A stretch of 64,000 bases of DNA from Eledone cirrhosa (taxonomy: Eukaryota), in assembly GCA_964016885.1 (NCBI GenBank), contig OZ024745.1:68572001-68636000 (forward strand), written 5' to 3'. A program made the translations under genes and the position numbers. Below the pieces are notes generated by a model that was not told where the DNA came from, ran no database searches, and saw only the letters and a list, made by a program, of their open reading frames with translations. Below, piece by piece: positions 24,893 to 37,500 of the stretch; positions within the stretch are counted from its first letter, which is position 1; every line of letters begins with the position of its first letter.

Positions 24893-25599
24893 CTCTCTCT
24901 CTATATATATATACACGTATATATATATATATACTCTTTAAATATGTTTCACCTTAAATATTTTTGTATTGTAAGCAAAATACTAAATATACTCTGATAC
25001 CATCAATAAACTGACATCGACACAAGAATATAAACCTTTGGAATAATATCCTATGTCTAGCATAGCACGAGACTACCGAGAGAGAAGGCCGAGACTTGGG
25101 CTAAAAGATCGACTGTTAAATAGATAGGAGACGATTTATTGTTACAGAGCCCGTTGTAAAATTTCATCGTGACTAGGGATACACAACATCGAATAACCGT
25201 CAACAAATCTGCCGATCATCTTAAAAGTAGCATGACCATCAAAACCCGAGCGTACACGCAGAAGGAGCTAATCCAACCAATTCAGTTAGAGATGATCCCA
25301 TATCTATGCTGGCAACAGGCTACCAATGCGGAGTGTTCCACCCTATTTATGGCACAGTTTGTTGGTTGAGATGATGCAAATGCGACACTCAGAAAAATTT
25401 AGACTTGAATAAATAACTGTTTCTACTTTAGGCACAAGGCCAGCAATTACCCAGTACATTACTGGTACTTTGAATAAATAACGACAACAATATATATATA
25501 TATCATAGAAAAAAGAGAATCAGTGTTGCGACGAAAGGAATTTATTGGACATATTACTAATGTTTCTCGGGCGACCAGCTCGAGGCATATATATATATG

Positions 25600-25765
25600 G
25601 CTTCTACAGGAATAGAACTAACTGTTTAATTCGGAGGAAATCACCAGGAAAGCCCTGATGATTTCCTTCGAATGAAACAGTTCTAGTCCTGTAGAAGCTA
25701 TTTCTGCATTAAAAAATTATACTCTGCTTACTTACTGTGGTTACCCCCGGTTAAACTGAGGATAC
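25600..25765 (+). mobile_element. Fold-back PLE-like terminal fragment with hammerhead core
   Basis: Arms GCTTCTACAGGA.. / ..TCCTGTAGAAGC (25600-25698); CUGAUGA (25655)-UUUCCUUCGAAU-GAAA-CAGUUCUAG-UC. Confidence 0.6.
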
Positions 25766-25770
25766 ACACT

Positions 25771-25849
<79 letters not shown>

Positions 25850-26103
25850 ATAATTGTTTCGTGTTTTGGCACAAGGCCAGCAATTATCCCAGTACATTAC
25901 TGGTACTTTATTTTATCGACCCCGTAAGAATGAAGGGCAAAGTTAACCTCGGCGGGATTTGAACTCAGATCGTAAAGGGACGTAACTGTGCTGGAAAGCA
26001 TGCCCGACCCTCTACCGATACTGCGAATTCATAGTAATAATTGTTTCTACTTTAGACACAAGGCCAGCAAATTACCCAGTGCATTACTGGTACTTTATTT
26101 TAT
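25850..26103 (-). mobile_element. Family-A SINE plus an adjacent 3' fragment
   Basis: Same core and reverse-complement B box GGGATTTGAACTC; tail fragment repeated at 26035-26103. Confidence 0.85.
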
Positions 26104-27249
26104 ATTCATAGTAATATTCATAGTAATTATAATAATAATAATAATAAATTAGAAGACTAAAATCCAAAGAGGGCTCGATAAGGATAAATATATATCAAAT
26201 ATATAAGAACCGTAGAGCAATATATACATAATACATACATACATATATATGCTCACACACACAGGCACGCACAAACACACACACACACATATATATATAT
26301 GTGTGTGTGTGTGCGTATGTGTACATATTCTACAATGAGTATTTAATTGAGATTTCATTAACTTTTATACTCTGTTGTTTCTATATTTCTCATAGTTCAC
26401 CAGAATCACGAGCTCCAATCAAACAACTACCAGGGGAATAAATACGAAAGTTGAAGAGAGTGGAGAGTTACGTCACTTCCGCGGTTTGTTTGTTTGCATG
26501 AGAATCAATAAAATTCCATATTTCTCAAGAGATAATAATTTTAATAAAATCCAAATTCTGAAAAACTCATTTTGTTAATATTAAGATTTTTACGATGACA
26601 ATTTATTCACGAGAGAATGTAATATAATAGCATAATTCCTTGATATTTTTGCGTACACTCTGGATAATGTTTGTCCGAAATTGATTTTAAAATTGCTCAA
26701 AGATATCAGAAATTCGACAAATTACTTTGTACCAATGTTTAATCAGTGACCTGTCCTCGCTCATAATGTCATCAAAACTAATAAGTTACTAACCTTTTTG
26801 CTACCAATTTCATAAGAGACACTACGGATGATTTTCAAATAATGTTTAAAACAGCCAAGAATTTGGGGAGATTTTGTAATAACATAACTAACATTCTCTT
26901 TATTATACTGGTGTTTTGAACATAGCTGAACAAAATTTCTTATATATTATATTTGGTGGCTTTTAGTTAAACATAAACACTTTAACTCTTTTCATACCAT
27001 ATGTTTGGCAAAATACATTGCCTATGTATTTGAAATAATTTTGAAAATAATGAATAATTTAGAGTGATTTAGTGATACAACAAACTTACACTTTATTAGG
27101 AATATGATAGAATATTTTTAGATGTATGTATATTCTTCAAAACAAACAGATTTGTATCTTGGCAGTTTCAGGACATTTGCTATTATAGAGTGACGTCTAT
27201 TGGTTTTCGAAAAATTAAATTTGATCCAGTTGACTTCTTAGACTAGACA

Positions 27250-27374
27250 TGGTATTCTGAGTTCAAATCCCGCCGAGGTTAACTTTGCCTTTCATCCTTA
27301 CAGGGTCGATAAAATAAAGTACCAGTAATACACTGGGTAATTGCTGGCCTTGTGCCAAAAGTAGAAACAATTAT
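27250..27374 (+). mobile_element. Family-A tRNA-derived SINE (Meta-domain-like core)
   Basis: B box GAGTTCAAATCCC then GAGGTTAACTTTGCCTTTCATCCTTACAGGGTCGATAAAATAAAGTACCAG, resembling the MetaSINE central domain. Confidence 0.8.
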
Positions 27375-27499
27375 ATAGTGCTAAACTGAATTGCTGTTTT
27401 ACGACCCTTAGCTATTTAGTCATTGATGGTCTTTAAAGTGACAAACAGTTGGTACTAGAAATTATTTTTTGTTGGTTAGTCAGGAATTCAGACAGAGCC

Positions 27500-27800
27500 A
27501 AGGCATGTTTCCTTTTTCACACTTCCTTATCCATCTATCTTCAGTTCCTGTATAGATTCCAGGTGAGTATCCTGTTTCAGCTTGTCAATATATGTGACAT
27601 GTCGCCCACCACAGTTCTCTGTCCAATATTACCATCATCAGTTCCTGGAATCTATCCAAGCAAGTATTCTGCTTCAGATTGTCAATATATGTGACTTGAT
27701 GTCTACCATGCTTTCCTCTTTCTTCTATTGAATCGGTGCTCTTGTATGGCAGTGAGATATGAACATCTTCAAAGCAAACTGAAAAGACTTCGTGTTTTTT
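27500..27800 (-). mobile_element. Possible degenerate RTE-like LINE 3' remnant with internal duplication
   Basis: RGKHGRHQVTYIDNLKQNT resembles the RTE C-terminal GRP..TYID.L motif; TTGTCAATATATGTGAC occurs twice. Confidence 0.35.
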
Positions 27801-27927
27801 ATATAAAGCTGACATGTATGGCATTTGATGTGGTTAAAAGTCATTTATTATATCACATTGATTCTGCCAGAGATTTACATTAAGGATACGTGTATCTGTG
27901 GAGCATTCCACCACTTACACTATATAT

Positions 27928-28144
27928 AATGGTCTCTGATTTAGGCACAAAGCCAACAATTTTAGGGGCGAGGAAAGTTGATTAAATCGACCCAGTGCAT
28001 TACTGGTGCTTTATTTTATCAACCCCGTAAGGATGAGAAGCAAAGCTAACCTCAGCGAGATTTGAACTCAAAACGTTAAGGGCCGAACTCTATGCTGCAA
28101 AGCATGGTGTTCGACGCTCTACCGATACTGCCAATCCACCACCC
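27928..28144 (-). mobile_element. Family-A SINE, near full length
   Basis: Core plus tRNA-like head ending ACTGCCAATCCACCACCC. Confidence 0.85.
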
Positions 28145-28285
28145 TAACTTAGACTGTGTATAATACAAGCTGGAATATATGTGCAATTCAAAGATCCAGC
28201 TATATCACATATTTTGTTAGATTAACTCAGTTTGTGAATAAAATTAAAGGAACACGTGCCTGTAAAATACCAAACCATTTACACT

Positions 28286-28487
28286 ATAATGGTTTCTGAT
28301 TTAAGCACAAGGCCAACAATTTGGGGAGATGGGGAAAGTCGATTAAATCTACCCCAGTACGTCACTGGTACTTTATGTTAAGGATGAAAGGTAAAGCTAA
28401 CCTCGGTGGGATTTGAACTCAGAAAGTGAAGGGCCATAACTAAAAGTCACAAAGCCTATTGTTCGATGCTGTACCGACATTGCCAAC
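28286..28487 (-). mobile_element. Family-A SINE
   Basis: AGGATGAAAGGTAAAGCTAACCTCGGTGGGATTTGAACTC. Confidence 0.8.
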
Positions 28488-28549
28488 CTGAATATACATT
28501 GTATATTACACCAATGTATTACATCAATGTATTACTGATACACCATTTG

Positions 28550-31500
28550 TGGGCAAGGTAAACAGAACTGTTAAAGACTAGTCTTACATTGGGCAAGGTA
28601 AACAGAACTGCTAAAGACTAGTCTTACAGGAGGGAAGGTAAACAGAACTGCTAAAGACTAGTCTTACTGGAGGGAAGGTAAACAGAACAGCTAAAGACTA
28701 GTCTTACAGGAGGGAAGGTAAACAGAACTGTTAAAGACTAGTCTTACAGGAGGGAAGGTAAACAGAACTGCTAAAGACTAGTCTTATAGGAGGGAAGGTA
28801 AACAGAACTGCTAAAGACAGTCTTACAGGATGGAAGGTAAACAGAACTGCTAAAGACTAGTCTTACAGGAGGGAAGGTAAACAGAACTGCTAAAGACTAG
28901 TCTTACAGGAGGGAAGGTAAACAGAACTGCTAAAGACTAGTCTTACAGGAGGGAAGGTAAACAGAACTGCTAAAGACTAGTCTTACAGGAGGGAAGGTAA
29001 ACAGAACTGCTAAATACTAGTCTTACATTGGGGAACGTAAACAGAACTGCTAAAGACAAGTCTTACAGGAGGGAAGGTAAACAGAACTGCTAAATACTAG
29101 TCTTACATTGGGGAACGTAAACAGAACTGCTAAAGACAAGTCTTACAGGAGGGAAGGTAAACAGAACTGCTAAATACTAGTCTTACAGGAGGGAAGGTAA
29201 ACAGAACTGCTAAAGACTAGTCTTACAGGAGGGAAGGTAAACAGAACTGCTAAATACTAGTCTTACATTGGGGAACGTAAACAGAACTGCTAAAGACAAG
29301 TCTTACAGGAGGGAAGGTAAACAGAACTGCTAAAGACTAGTCTTACAGGAGGAAAGGTAAACAGAACTGCTAAATACTAGTCTTACAGGAGGGAAGGTAA
29401 ACAGAACTGCTAAATACTAGTCTTACATTGGGGAACGTAAACAGAACTGCTAAAGACAAGTCTTACAGGAGGGAAGGTAAACAGAACTGCTAAATACTAG
29501 TCTTACATTGGGGAAGGTAAACAGAACTGCTAAAGACAAGTCTTACAGGAGGGAAGGTAAACAGAACTGCTAAATACTAGTCTTACATTGGGGAACGTAA
29601 ACAGAACTGCTAAAGACAAGTCTTACAGGAGGGAAGGTAAACAGAACTGCTAAAGACTAGTCTTACAGGAGGGAAGGTAAACAGAACTGCTAAATACTAG
29701 TCTTACAGGAGGGAAGGTAAACAGAACTGCTAAATACTACTCTTACATTGGGGAAGGTAAACAGAACTGCTAAATACTAGTCTTACATTGGGGAACGTAA
29801 ACAGAACTGCTAAAGACAAGTCTTACAGGAGGGAAGGTAAACAGAACTGCTAAAGACTAGTCTTACAGGAGGGAAGGTAAACAGAACTGCTAAATACTAG
29901 TCTTACAGGAGGGAAGGTAAACAGAACTGCTAAAGACTAGTCTTACAGGAGGGAAGGTAAACAGAACTGCTAAATACTAGTCTTACATTGGGGAACGTAA
30001 ACAGAACTGCTAAAGACAAGTCTTACAGGAGGGAAGGTAAACAGAACTGCTAAATACTAGTCTTACAGGAGGGAAGGTAAACAGAACTGCTAAATACTAG
30101 TCTTACATTGGGGAACGTAAACAGAACTGCTAAAGACAAGTCTTACAGGAGGGAAGGTAAACAGAACTGCTAAATACTAGTCTTACATTGGGGAACGTAA
30201 ACAGAACTGCTAAAGACAAGTCTTACAGGAGGGAAGGTAAACAGAACTGCTAAATACTAGTCTTACATTGGGGAACGTAAACAGAACTGCTAAAGACTAG
30301 TCTTACAGGAGGGAAGGTAAACAGAACTGCTAAATATTAGTCTTACAGGAGGGAAGGTAAACAGAACTGCTAAATACTACTCTTACATTGGGGAAGGTAA
30401 ACAGAACTGCTAAAGACAAGTCTTACAGGAGGGAAGGTAAACAGAACTGCTAAATACTAGTCTTACATTGGGGAACGTAAACAGAACTGCTAAAGACAAG
30501 TCTTACAGGAGGAAGGTAAACAGAACTGCTAAATACTAGTCTTACATTGGGGAACGTAAACAGAACTGCTAAAGACAAGTCTTACAGGAGGGAAGGTAAA
30601 CAGAACTGCTAAAGACAAGTCTTAAAGGAGGGAAGGTAAACAGAACTGCTAAATACTAGTCTTACATTGGGGAAGGTAAACAGAACTGCTAAAGACAAGT
30701 CTTACAGGAGGGAAGGTAAACAGAACTGCTAAATACTAGTCTTACATTGGGGAACGTAAACAGAACTGCTAAAGACAAGTCTTACTGGAGGGAAGGTAAA
30801 CAGAACTGCTAAATACTAGTCTTACATTGGGGAACGTAAACAGAACTGCTAAAGACAAGTCTTACAGGAGGGAAGGTAAACAGAACTGCTAAAGACTAGT
30901 CTTACAGGAGGGAAGGTAAACAGAACTGCTAAAGACAAGTCTTACAGGAGGGAAGGTAAACAGAACTGCTAAATACTAGTCTTACAGGAGGGAAGGTAAA
31001 CAGAACTGCTAAAGACAAGTCTTACAGGAGGGAAGGTAAACAGAACTGCTAAAGACAAGTCTTACAGGAGGGAAGGTAAACAGAACTGCTAAATACTAGT
31101 CTTACATTGGGGAACGTAAACAGAACTGCTAAAGACAAGTCTTACAGGAGGGAAGGTAAACAGAACTGCTAAATACTAGTCTTACATTGGGGAACGTAAA
31201 CAGAACTGCTAAATACTAGTCTTACAGGAGGAAAGGTAAACAGAACTGCTAAAGACAAGTCTTACAGGAGGGAAGGTAAACAGAACTGCTAAAGACAAGT
31301 CTTACAGGAGGGAAGGTAAACAGAACTGCTAAAGACTAGTCTTACAGGAGGGAAGGTAAACAGAACTGCTAAAGACTAGTCTTACTGGAGGGAAGGTAAA
31401 CAGAACTGCTAAAGACTAGTCTTACAGGAGGGAAGGTAAACAGAACTGCTAAAGACTAGTCTTACATTGGGGAACGTAAACAGAACTGCTAAAGACAAGT

Positions 31501-34500
31501 CTTACTGGAGGGAAGGTAAACAGAACTGCTAAAGACTAGTCTTACAGGAGGGAAGGTAAACAGAACTGCTAAAGACTAGTCTTACATTGGGGAACGTAAA
31601 TAGAACTGCTAAAGGCAAGTCTTACTGGAGGAAAGGTAAACAGAACTGCTAAAGACTAGTCTTACAGTAGGGAAGGTAAACAGAACTGCTAAAGACTAGT
31701 CTTACTGGAGGGAAGGTAAACAGAACTGCTAAAGACTAGTCTTACAGGAGGGAAGGTAAATAGAACTGCTAAAGACTAGTCTTACTGGAGGGAAGGTAAA
31801 CAGAACTGCTAAATACTAGTCTTACATTGGGGAACGTAAACAGAACTGCTAAAGACAAGTCTTACAGGAGGGAAGGTAAACAGAACTGCTAAAGACTAGT
31901 CTTACAGGAGGAAAGGTAAACAGAACTGCTAAATACTAGTCTTACAGGAGGGAAGGTAAACAGAACTGCTAAATACTAGTCTTACATTGGGGAACGTAAA
32001 CAGAACTGCTAAAGACAAGTCTTACAGGAGGGAAGGTAAACAGAACTGCTAAATACTAGTCTTACATTGGGGAACGTAAACAGAACTGCTAAAGACAAGT
32101 CTTACTGGAGGGAAGGTAAACAGAACTGCTAAAGACTAGTCTTACAGGAGGGAGGGTAAACAGAACTACTAAAGACTAGTCTTACTGGAGGGAAGGTAAA
32201 CAGAACTGCTAAAGACTAGTCTTACAGGAGGGAAGGTAAACAGAACTGCTAAAGACTAGTCTTACCTTGGGGAACGTAAACAGAACTGCTAAAGACAAGT
32301 CTTACTGGAGGGAAGGTAAACAGAACTGCTAAAGACTAGTCTTACAGGAGTGAAGGTAAACAGAACTGCTAAAGACTAGTCTTACTGGAGGGAAGTTAAA
32401 CAGAACTGCTAAAGACTAGTCTTAGAGGAGGAAAGTTAAACAGAACTGCTAAATACTAGTCTTACATTGGGGAACGTAAACAGAACTGCTAAATACTAGT
32501 CTTACAGGAGGAAAGGTAAACAGAACTGCTAAAGACAAGTCTTACAGGAGGGAAGGTAAACAGAACTGCTAAATACTAGTCTTACATTGGGGAACGTAAA
32601 CAGAACTGCTAAAGACAAGTCTTACAGGAGGGAAGGTAAACAGAACTGCTAAATACTAGTCTTACATTGGGGAACGTAAACAGAACTGCTAAATACTAGT
32701 CTTACAGGAGGAAAGGTAAACAGAACTGCTAAAGACAAGTCTTACAGGAGGGAAGGTAAACAGAACTGCTAAAGACAAGTCTTACAGGAGGGAAGGTAAA
32801 CAGAACTGCTAAAGACTAGTCTTACAGGAGGGAAGGTAAACAGAACTGCTAAAGACTAGTCTTACTGGAGGGAAGGTAAACAGAACTGCTAAAGACTAGT
32901 CTTACAGGAGGGAAGGTAAACAGAACTGCTAAAGACTAGTCTTACATTGGGGAACGTAAACAGAACTGCTAAAGACAAGTCTTACTGGAGGGAAGGTAAA
33001 CAGAACTGCTAAAGACTAGTCTTACAGGAGGGAAGGTAAACAGAACTGCTAAAGACTAGTCTTACATTGGGGAACGTAAATAGAACTGCTAAAGGCAAGT
33101 CTTACTGGAGGAAAGGTAAACAGAACTGCTAAAGACTAGTCTTACAGGAGGGAAGGTAAACAGAACTGCTAAAGACTAGTCTTACTGGAGGGAAGGTAAA
33201 CAGAACTGCTAAAGACTAGTCTTACAGGAGGGAAGGTAAATAGAACTGCTAAAGACTAGTCTTACTGGAGGGAAGGTAAACAGAACTGCTAAATACTAGT
33301 CTTACATTGGGGAACGTAAACAGAACTGCTAAAGACAAGTCTTACAGGAGGGAAGGTAAACAGAACTGCTAAAGACTAGTCTTACAGGAGGAAAGGTAAA
33401 CAGAACTGCTAAATACTAGTCTTACAGGAGGGAAGGTAAACAGAACTGCTAAATACTAGTCTTACATTGGGGAACGTAAACAGAACTGCTAAAGACAAGT
33501 CTTACAGGAGGGAAGGTAAACAGAACTGCTAAATACTAGTCTTACATTGGGGAACGTAAACAGAACTGCTAAAGACAAGTCTTACTGGAGGGAAGGTAAA
33601 CAGAACTGCTAAAGACTAGTCTTACAGGAGGGAGGGTAAACAGAACTACTAAAGACTAGTCTTACTGGAGGGAAGGTAAACAGAACTGCTAAAGACTAGT
33701 CTTACAGGAGGGAAGGTAAACAGAACTGCTAAAGACTAGTCTTACCTTGGGGAACGTAAACAGAACTGCTAAAGACAAGTCTTACTGGAGGGAAGGTAAA
33801 CAGAACTGCTAAAGACTAGTCTTACAGGAGTGAAGGTAAACAGAACTGCTAAAGACTAGTCTTACTGGAGGGAAGTTAAACAGAACTGCTAAAGACTAGT
33901 CTTAGAGGAGGAAAGTTAAACAGAACTGCTAAATACTAGTCTTACATTGGGGAACGTAAACAGAACTGCTAAATACTAGTCTTACAGGAGGAAAGGTAAA
34001 CAGAACTGCTAAAGACAAGTCTTACAGGAGGGAAGGTAAACAGAACTGCTAAAGACAAGTCTTACAGGAGGGAAGGTAAACATAACTGCTAAAGACTAGT
34101 CTTACAGGAGGGAAGGTAAACAGAACTGCTAAAGACTAGTCTTACAGGAGGGAAGGTAAACAGAACTGCTAAAGACAAGTCTTACAGGAGGGAAGGTAAA
34201 CAGAACTGCTAAATACTAGTCTTACATTGGGGAACGTAAACAGAATTGCTAAAGACAAGTCTTACCGGAGGGAAGGTAAACAGAACTGCTAAAGTCTAGT
34301 CTTACAGGAGGGAAGGTAAACAGAACTGCTAAAGACTAGTCTTACAGGAGGGAAGGTAAACAGAACTGCTAAAGACTAGTCTTACTGGAGGGAAGGTAAA
34401 CAGAACTGCTAAAGACTAGTCTTACAGGACGGAAGGTAAACAGAACTGCTAAAGACTAGTCTTACAGGAGGAAAGTAAACAGAACTGCTAAAGACTAGTC

Positions 34501-37500
34501 TTACAGGAGGGAAGGTAAACAGAACTGCTAAAGACTAGTCTTACAGGAGGAAAGGTAAACAGAACTGCTAAATACTAGTCTTACATTGAGGAACGTAAAC
34601 AGAACTGCTAAAGACAAGTCTTACAGGAGGGAAGGTAATCAGAACTGCTAAAGACTAGTCTTACAGGAGGGAAAGTAAACAGAACTGCTAAAGACTAGTC
34701 TTACATTGGGGAACGTAAACAGAACTGCTAAAGACAAGTCTTACAGGAGGGAAGGTAAACAGAACTGCTAAAGACAAGTCTTACAGGAGGGAAGGTAAAC
34801 AGAACTGCTAAAGACTAGTCTTACAGGAGGGAAGGTAAACAGAACTGCTAAATACTAGTCTTACAGGAGGAAAGGTAAACAGAACTGCTAAAGACTAGTC
34901 TTACAGGAGGGAAGGTAAACAGAACTGCTAAAGACTAGTCTTACAGGAGGGAAGGTAAACAGAACTGCTAAAGACTAGTCTTACAGGAGGAAAGGTAAAC
35001 AGAACTGCTAAATACTAGTCTTACAGGAGGGAAGGTAAACAGAACTGCTAAATACTAGTCTTACATTGGGGAACGTAAACAGAACTGCTAAAGACAAGTC
35101 TTACAGGAGGGAAGGTAAACAGAACTGCTAAATACTAGTCTTACATTGGGGAACGTAAACAGAACTGCTAAAGACAAGTCTTACTGGAGGGAAGGTAAAC
35201 AGAACTGCTAAAGACTAGTCTTACAGGAGGGAGGGTAAACAGAACTACTAAAGACTAGTCTTACTGGAGGGAAGGTAAACAGAACTGCTAAAGACTAGTC
35301 TTACAGGAGGGAAGGTAAACAGAACTGCTAAAGACTAGTCTTACCTTGGGGAACGTAAACAGAACTGCTAAAGACAAGTCTTACTGGAGGGAAGGTAAAC
35401 AGAACTGCTAAAGACTAGTCTTACAGGAGTGAAGGTAAACAGAACTGCTAAAGACTAGTCTTACTGGAGGGAAGTTAAACAGAACTGCTAAAGACTAGTC
35501 TTAGAGGAGGAAAGTTAAACAGAACTGCTAAATACTAGTCTTACATTGGGGAACGTAAACAGAACTGCTAAATACTAGTCTTACAGGAGGAAAGGTAAAC
35601 AGAACTGCTAAAGACAAGTCTTACAGGAGGGAAGGTAAACAGAACTGCTAAAGACAAGTCTTACAGGAGGGAAGGTAAACATAACTGCTAAAGACTAGTC
35701 TTACAGGAGGGAAGGTAAACAGAACTGCTAAAGACTAGTCTTACAGGAGGGAAGGTAAACAGAACTGCTAAAGACAAGTCTTACAGGAGGGAAGGTAAAC
35801 AGAACTGCTAAATACTAGTCTTACATTGGGGAACGTAAACAGAATTGCTAAAGACAAGTCTTACCGGAGGGAAGGTAAACAGAACTGCTAAAGTCTAGTC
35901 TTACAGGAGGGAAGGTAAACAGAACTGCTAAAGACTAGTCTTACAGGAGGGAAGGTAAACAGAACTGCTAAAGACTAGTCTTACTGGAGGGAAGGTAAAC
36001 AGAACTGCTAAAGACTAGTCTTACAGGACGGAAGGTAAACAGAACTGCTAAAGACTAGTCTTACAGGAGGAAAGTAAACAGAACTGCTAAAGACTAGTCT
36101 TACAGGAGGGAAGGTAAACAGAACTGCTAAAGACTAGTCTTACAGGAGGAAAGGTAAACAGAACTGCTAAATACTAGTCTTACATTGAGGAACGTAAACA
36201 GAACTGCTAAAGACAAGTCTTACAGGAGGGAAGGTAAACAGAACTGCTAAAGACTAGTCTTACAGGAGGGAAAGTAAACAGAACTGCTAAAGACTAGTCT
36301 TACATTGGGGAACGTAAACAGAACTGCTAAAGACAAGTCTTACAGGAGGGAAGGTAAACAGAACTGCTAAAGACAAGTCTTACAGGAGGGAAGGTAAACA
36401 GAACTGCTAAAGACTAGTCTTACAGGAGGGAAGGTAAACAGAACTGCTAAATACTAGTCTTACAGGAGGAAAGGTAAACAGAACTGCTAAAGACTAGTCT
36501 TACAGGAGGGAAGGTAAACAGAACTGCTAAAGACTAGTCTTACAGGAGGGAAGGTAAACAGAACTGCTAAATACTAGTCTTACATTGGGTAACGTAAACA
36601 GAACTGCTAAAGACAAGCCTTACAGGAGGGAAGGTAAACAGAACTGCTAAAGACTAGTCTTACATTGGGGAACGTAAACAGAACTGCTAAAGACAAGTCT
36701 TACAGGAGGGAAGGTAAACAGAACTGCTAAAGACAAGTCCTACAGGAGGGAAGGTAAACAGAACTGCTAAAGACTAGTCTTACAGGAGGAAAGGTAAACA
36801 GAACTGCTAAATACTAGTCTTACATTGGGGAACGTAAACAGAACTGCTAAAGACAAGTCTTACAGGAGGGAAGGTAAACAGAACTGCTAAATACTAGTCT
36901 GACATTGGGGAACGTAAACAGAACTGCTAAAGACAAGTCTTACAGGAGGGAAGGTAAACAGAACTGCTAAAGACAAGTCTTAAAGGAGGGAAGGTAAACA
37001 GAACTGCTAAAGACTAGTCTTACAGGAGGAAAGGTAAACAGAACTGCTAAATACTAGTCTTACATTGGGGAACGTAAACAGAACTGCTAAAGACAAGTCT
37101 TACAGGAGGGAAGGTAAACAGAACTGCTAAAGACTAGTCTTACAGGAGGGAAGGTAAACAGAACTGCTAAATACTAGTCTTACAGGAGGAAAGGTAAACA
37201 GAACTGCTAAAGACTAGTCTTACAGGAGGGAAGGTAAACAGAACTGCTAAAGACTAGTCTTACAGGAGGGAAGGTAAACAGAACTGCTAAATACAAGTCT
37301 TACATTGGGGAACGTAAACAGAACTGCTAAAGACAAGTCTTACAGGAGGGAAGGTAAACAGAACTGCTAAAGACTAGTCTTACAGGAGAGAAGGTAAACA
37401 GAACTGCTAAAGACTAGTCTTACAGGAGGGAAGGTAAACGAAAATGCTAAAGACAAGTCTTACAGGAGGGAGGGTAAACAGAACTGCTAAAGACAAGTCT

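Noticed and set aside
27250-27290. tRNA gene suggested by the B box GTTCAAATCCC
   Set aside because: No cloverleaf; it is the head of a multi-copy SINE
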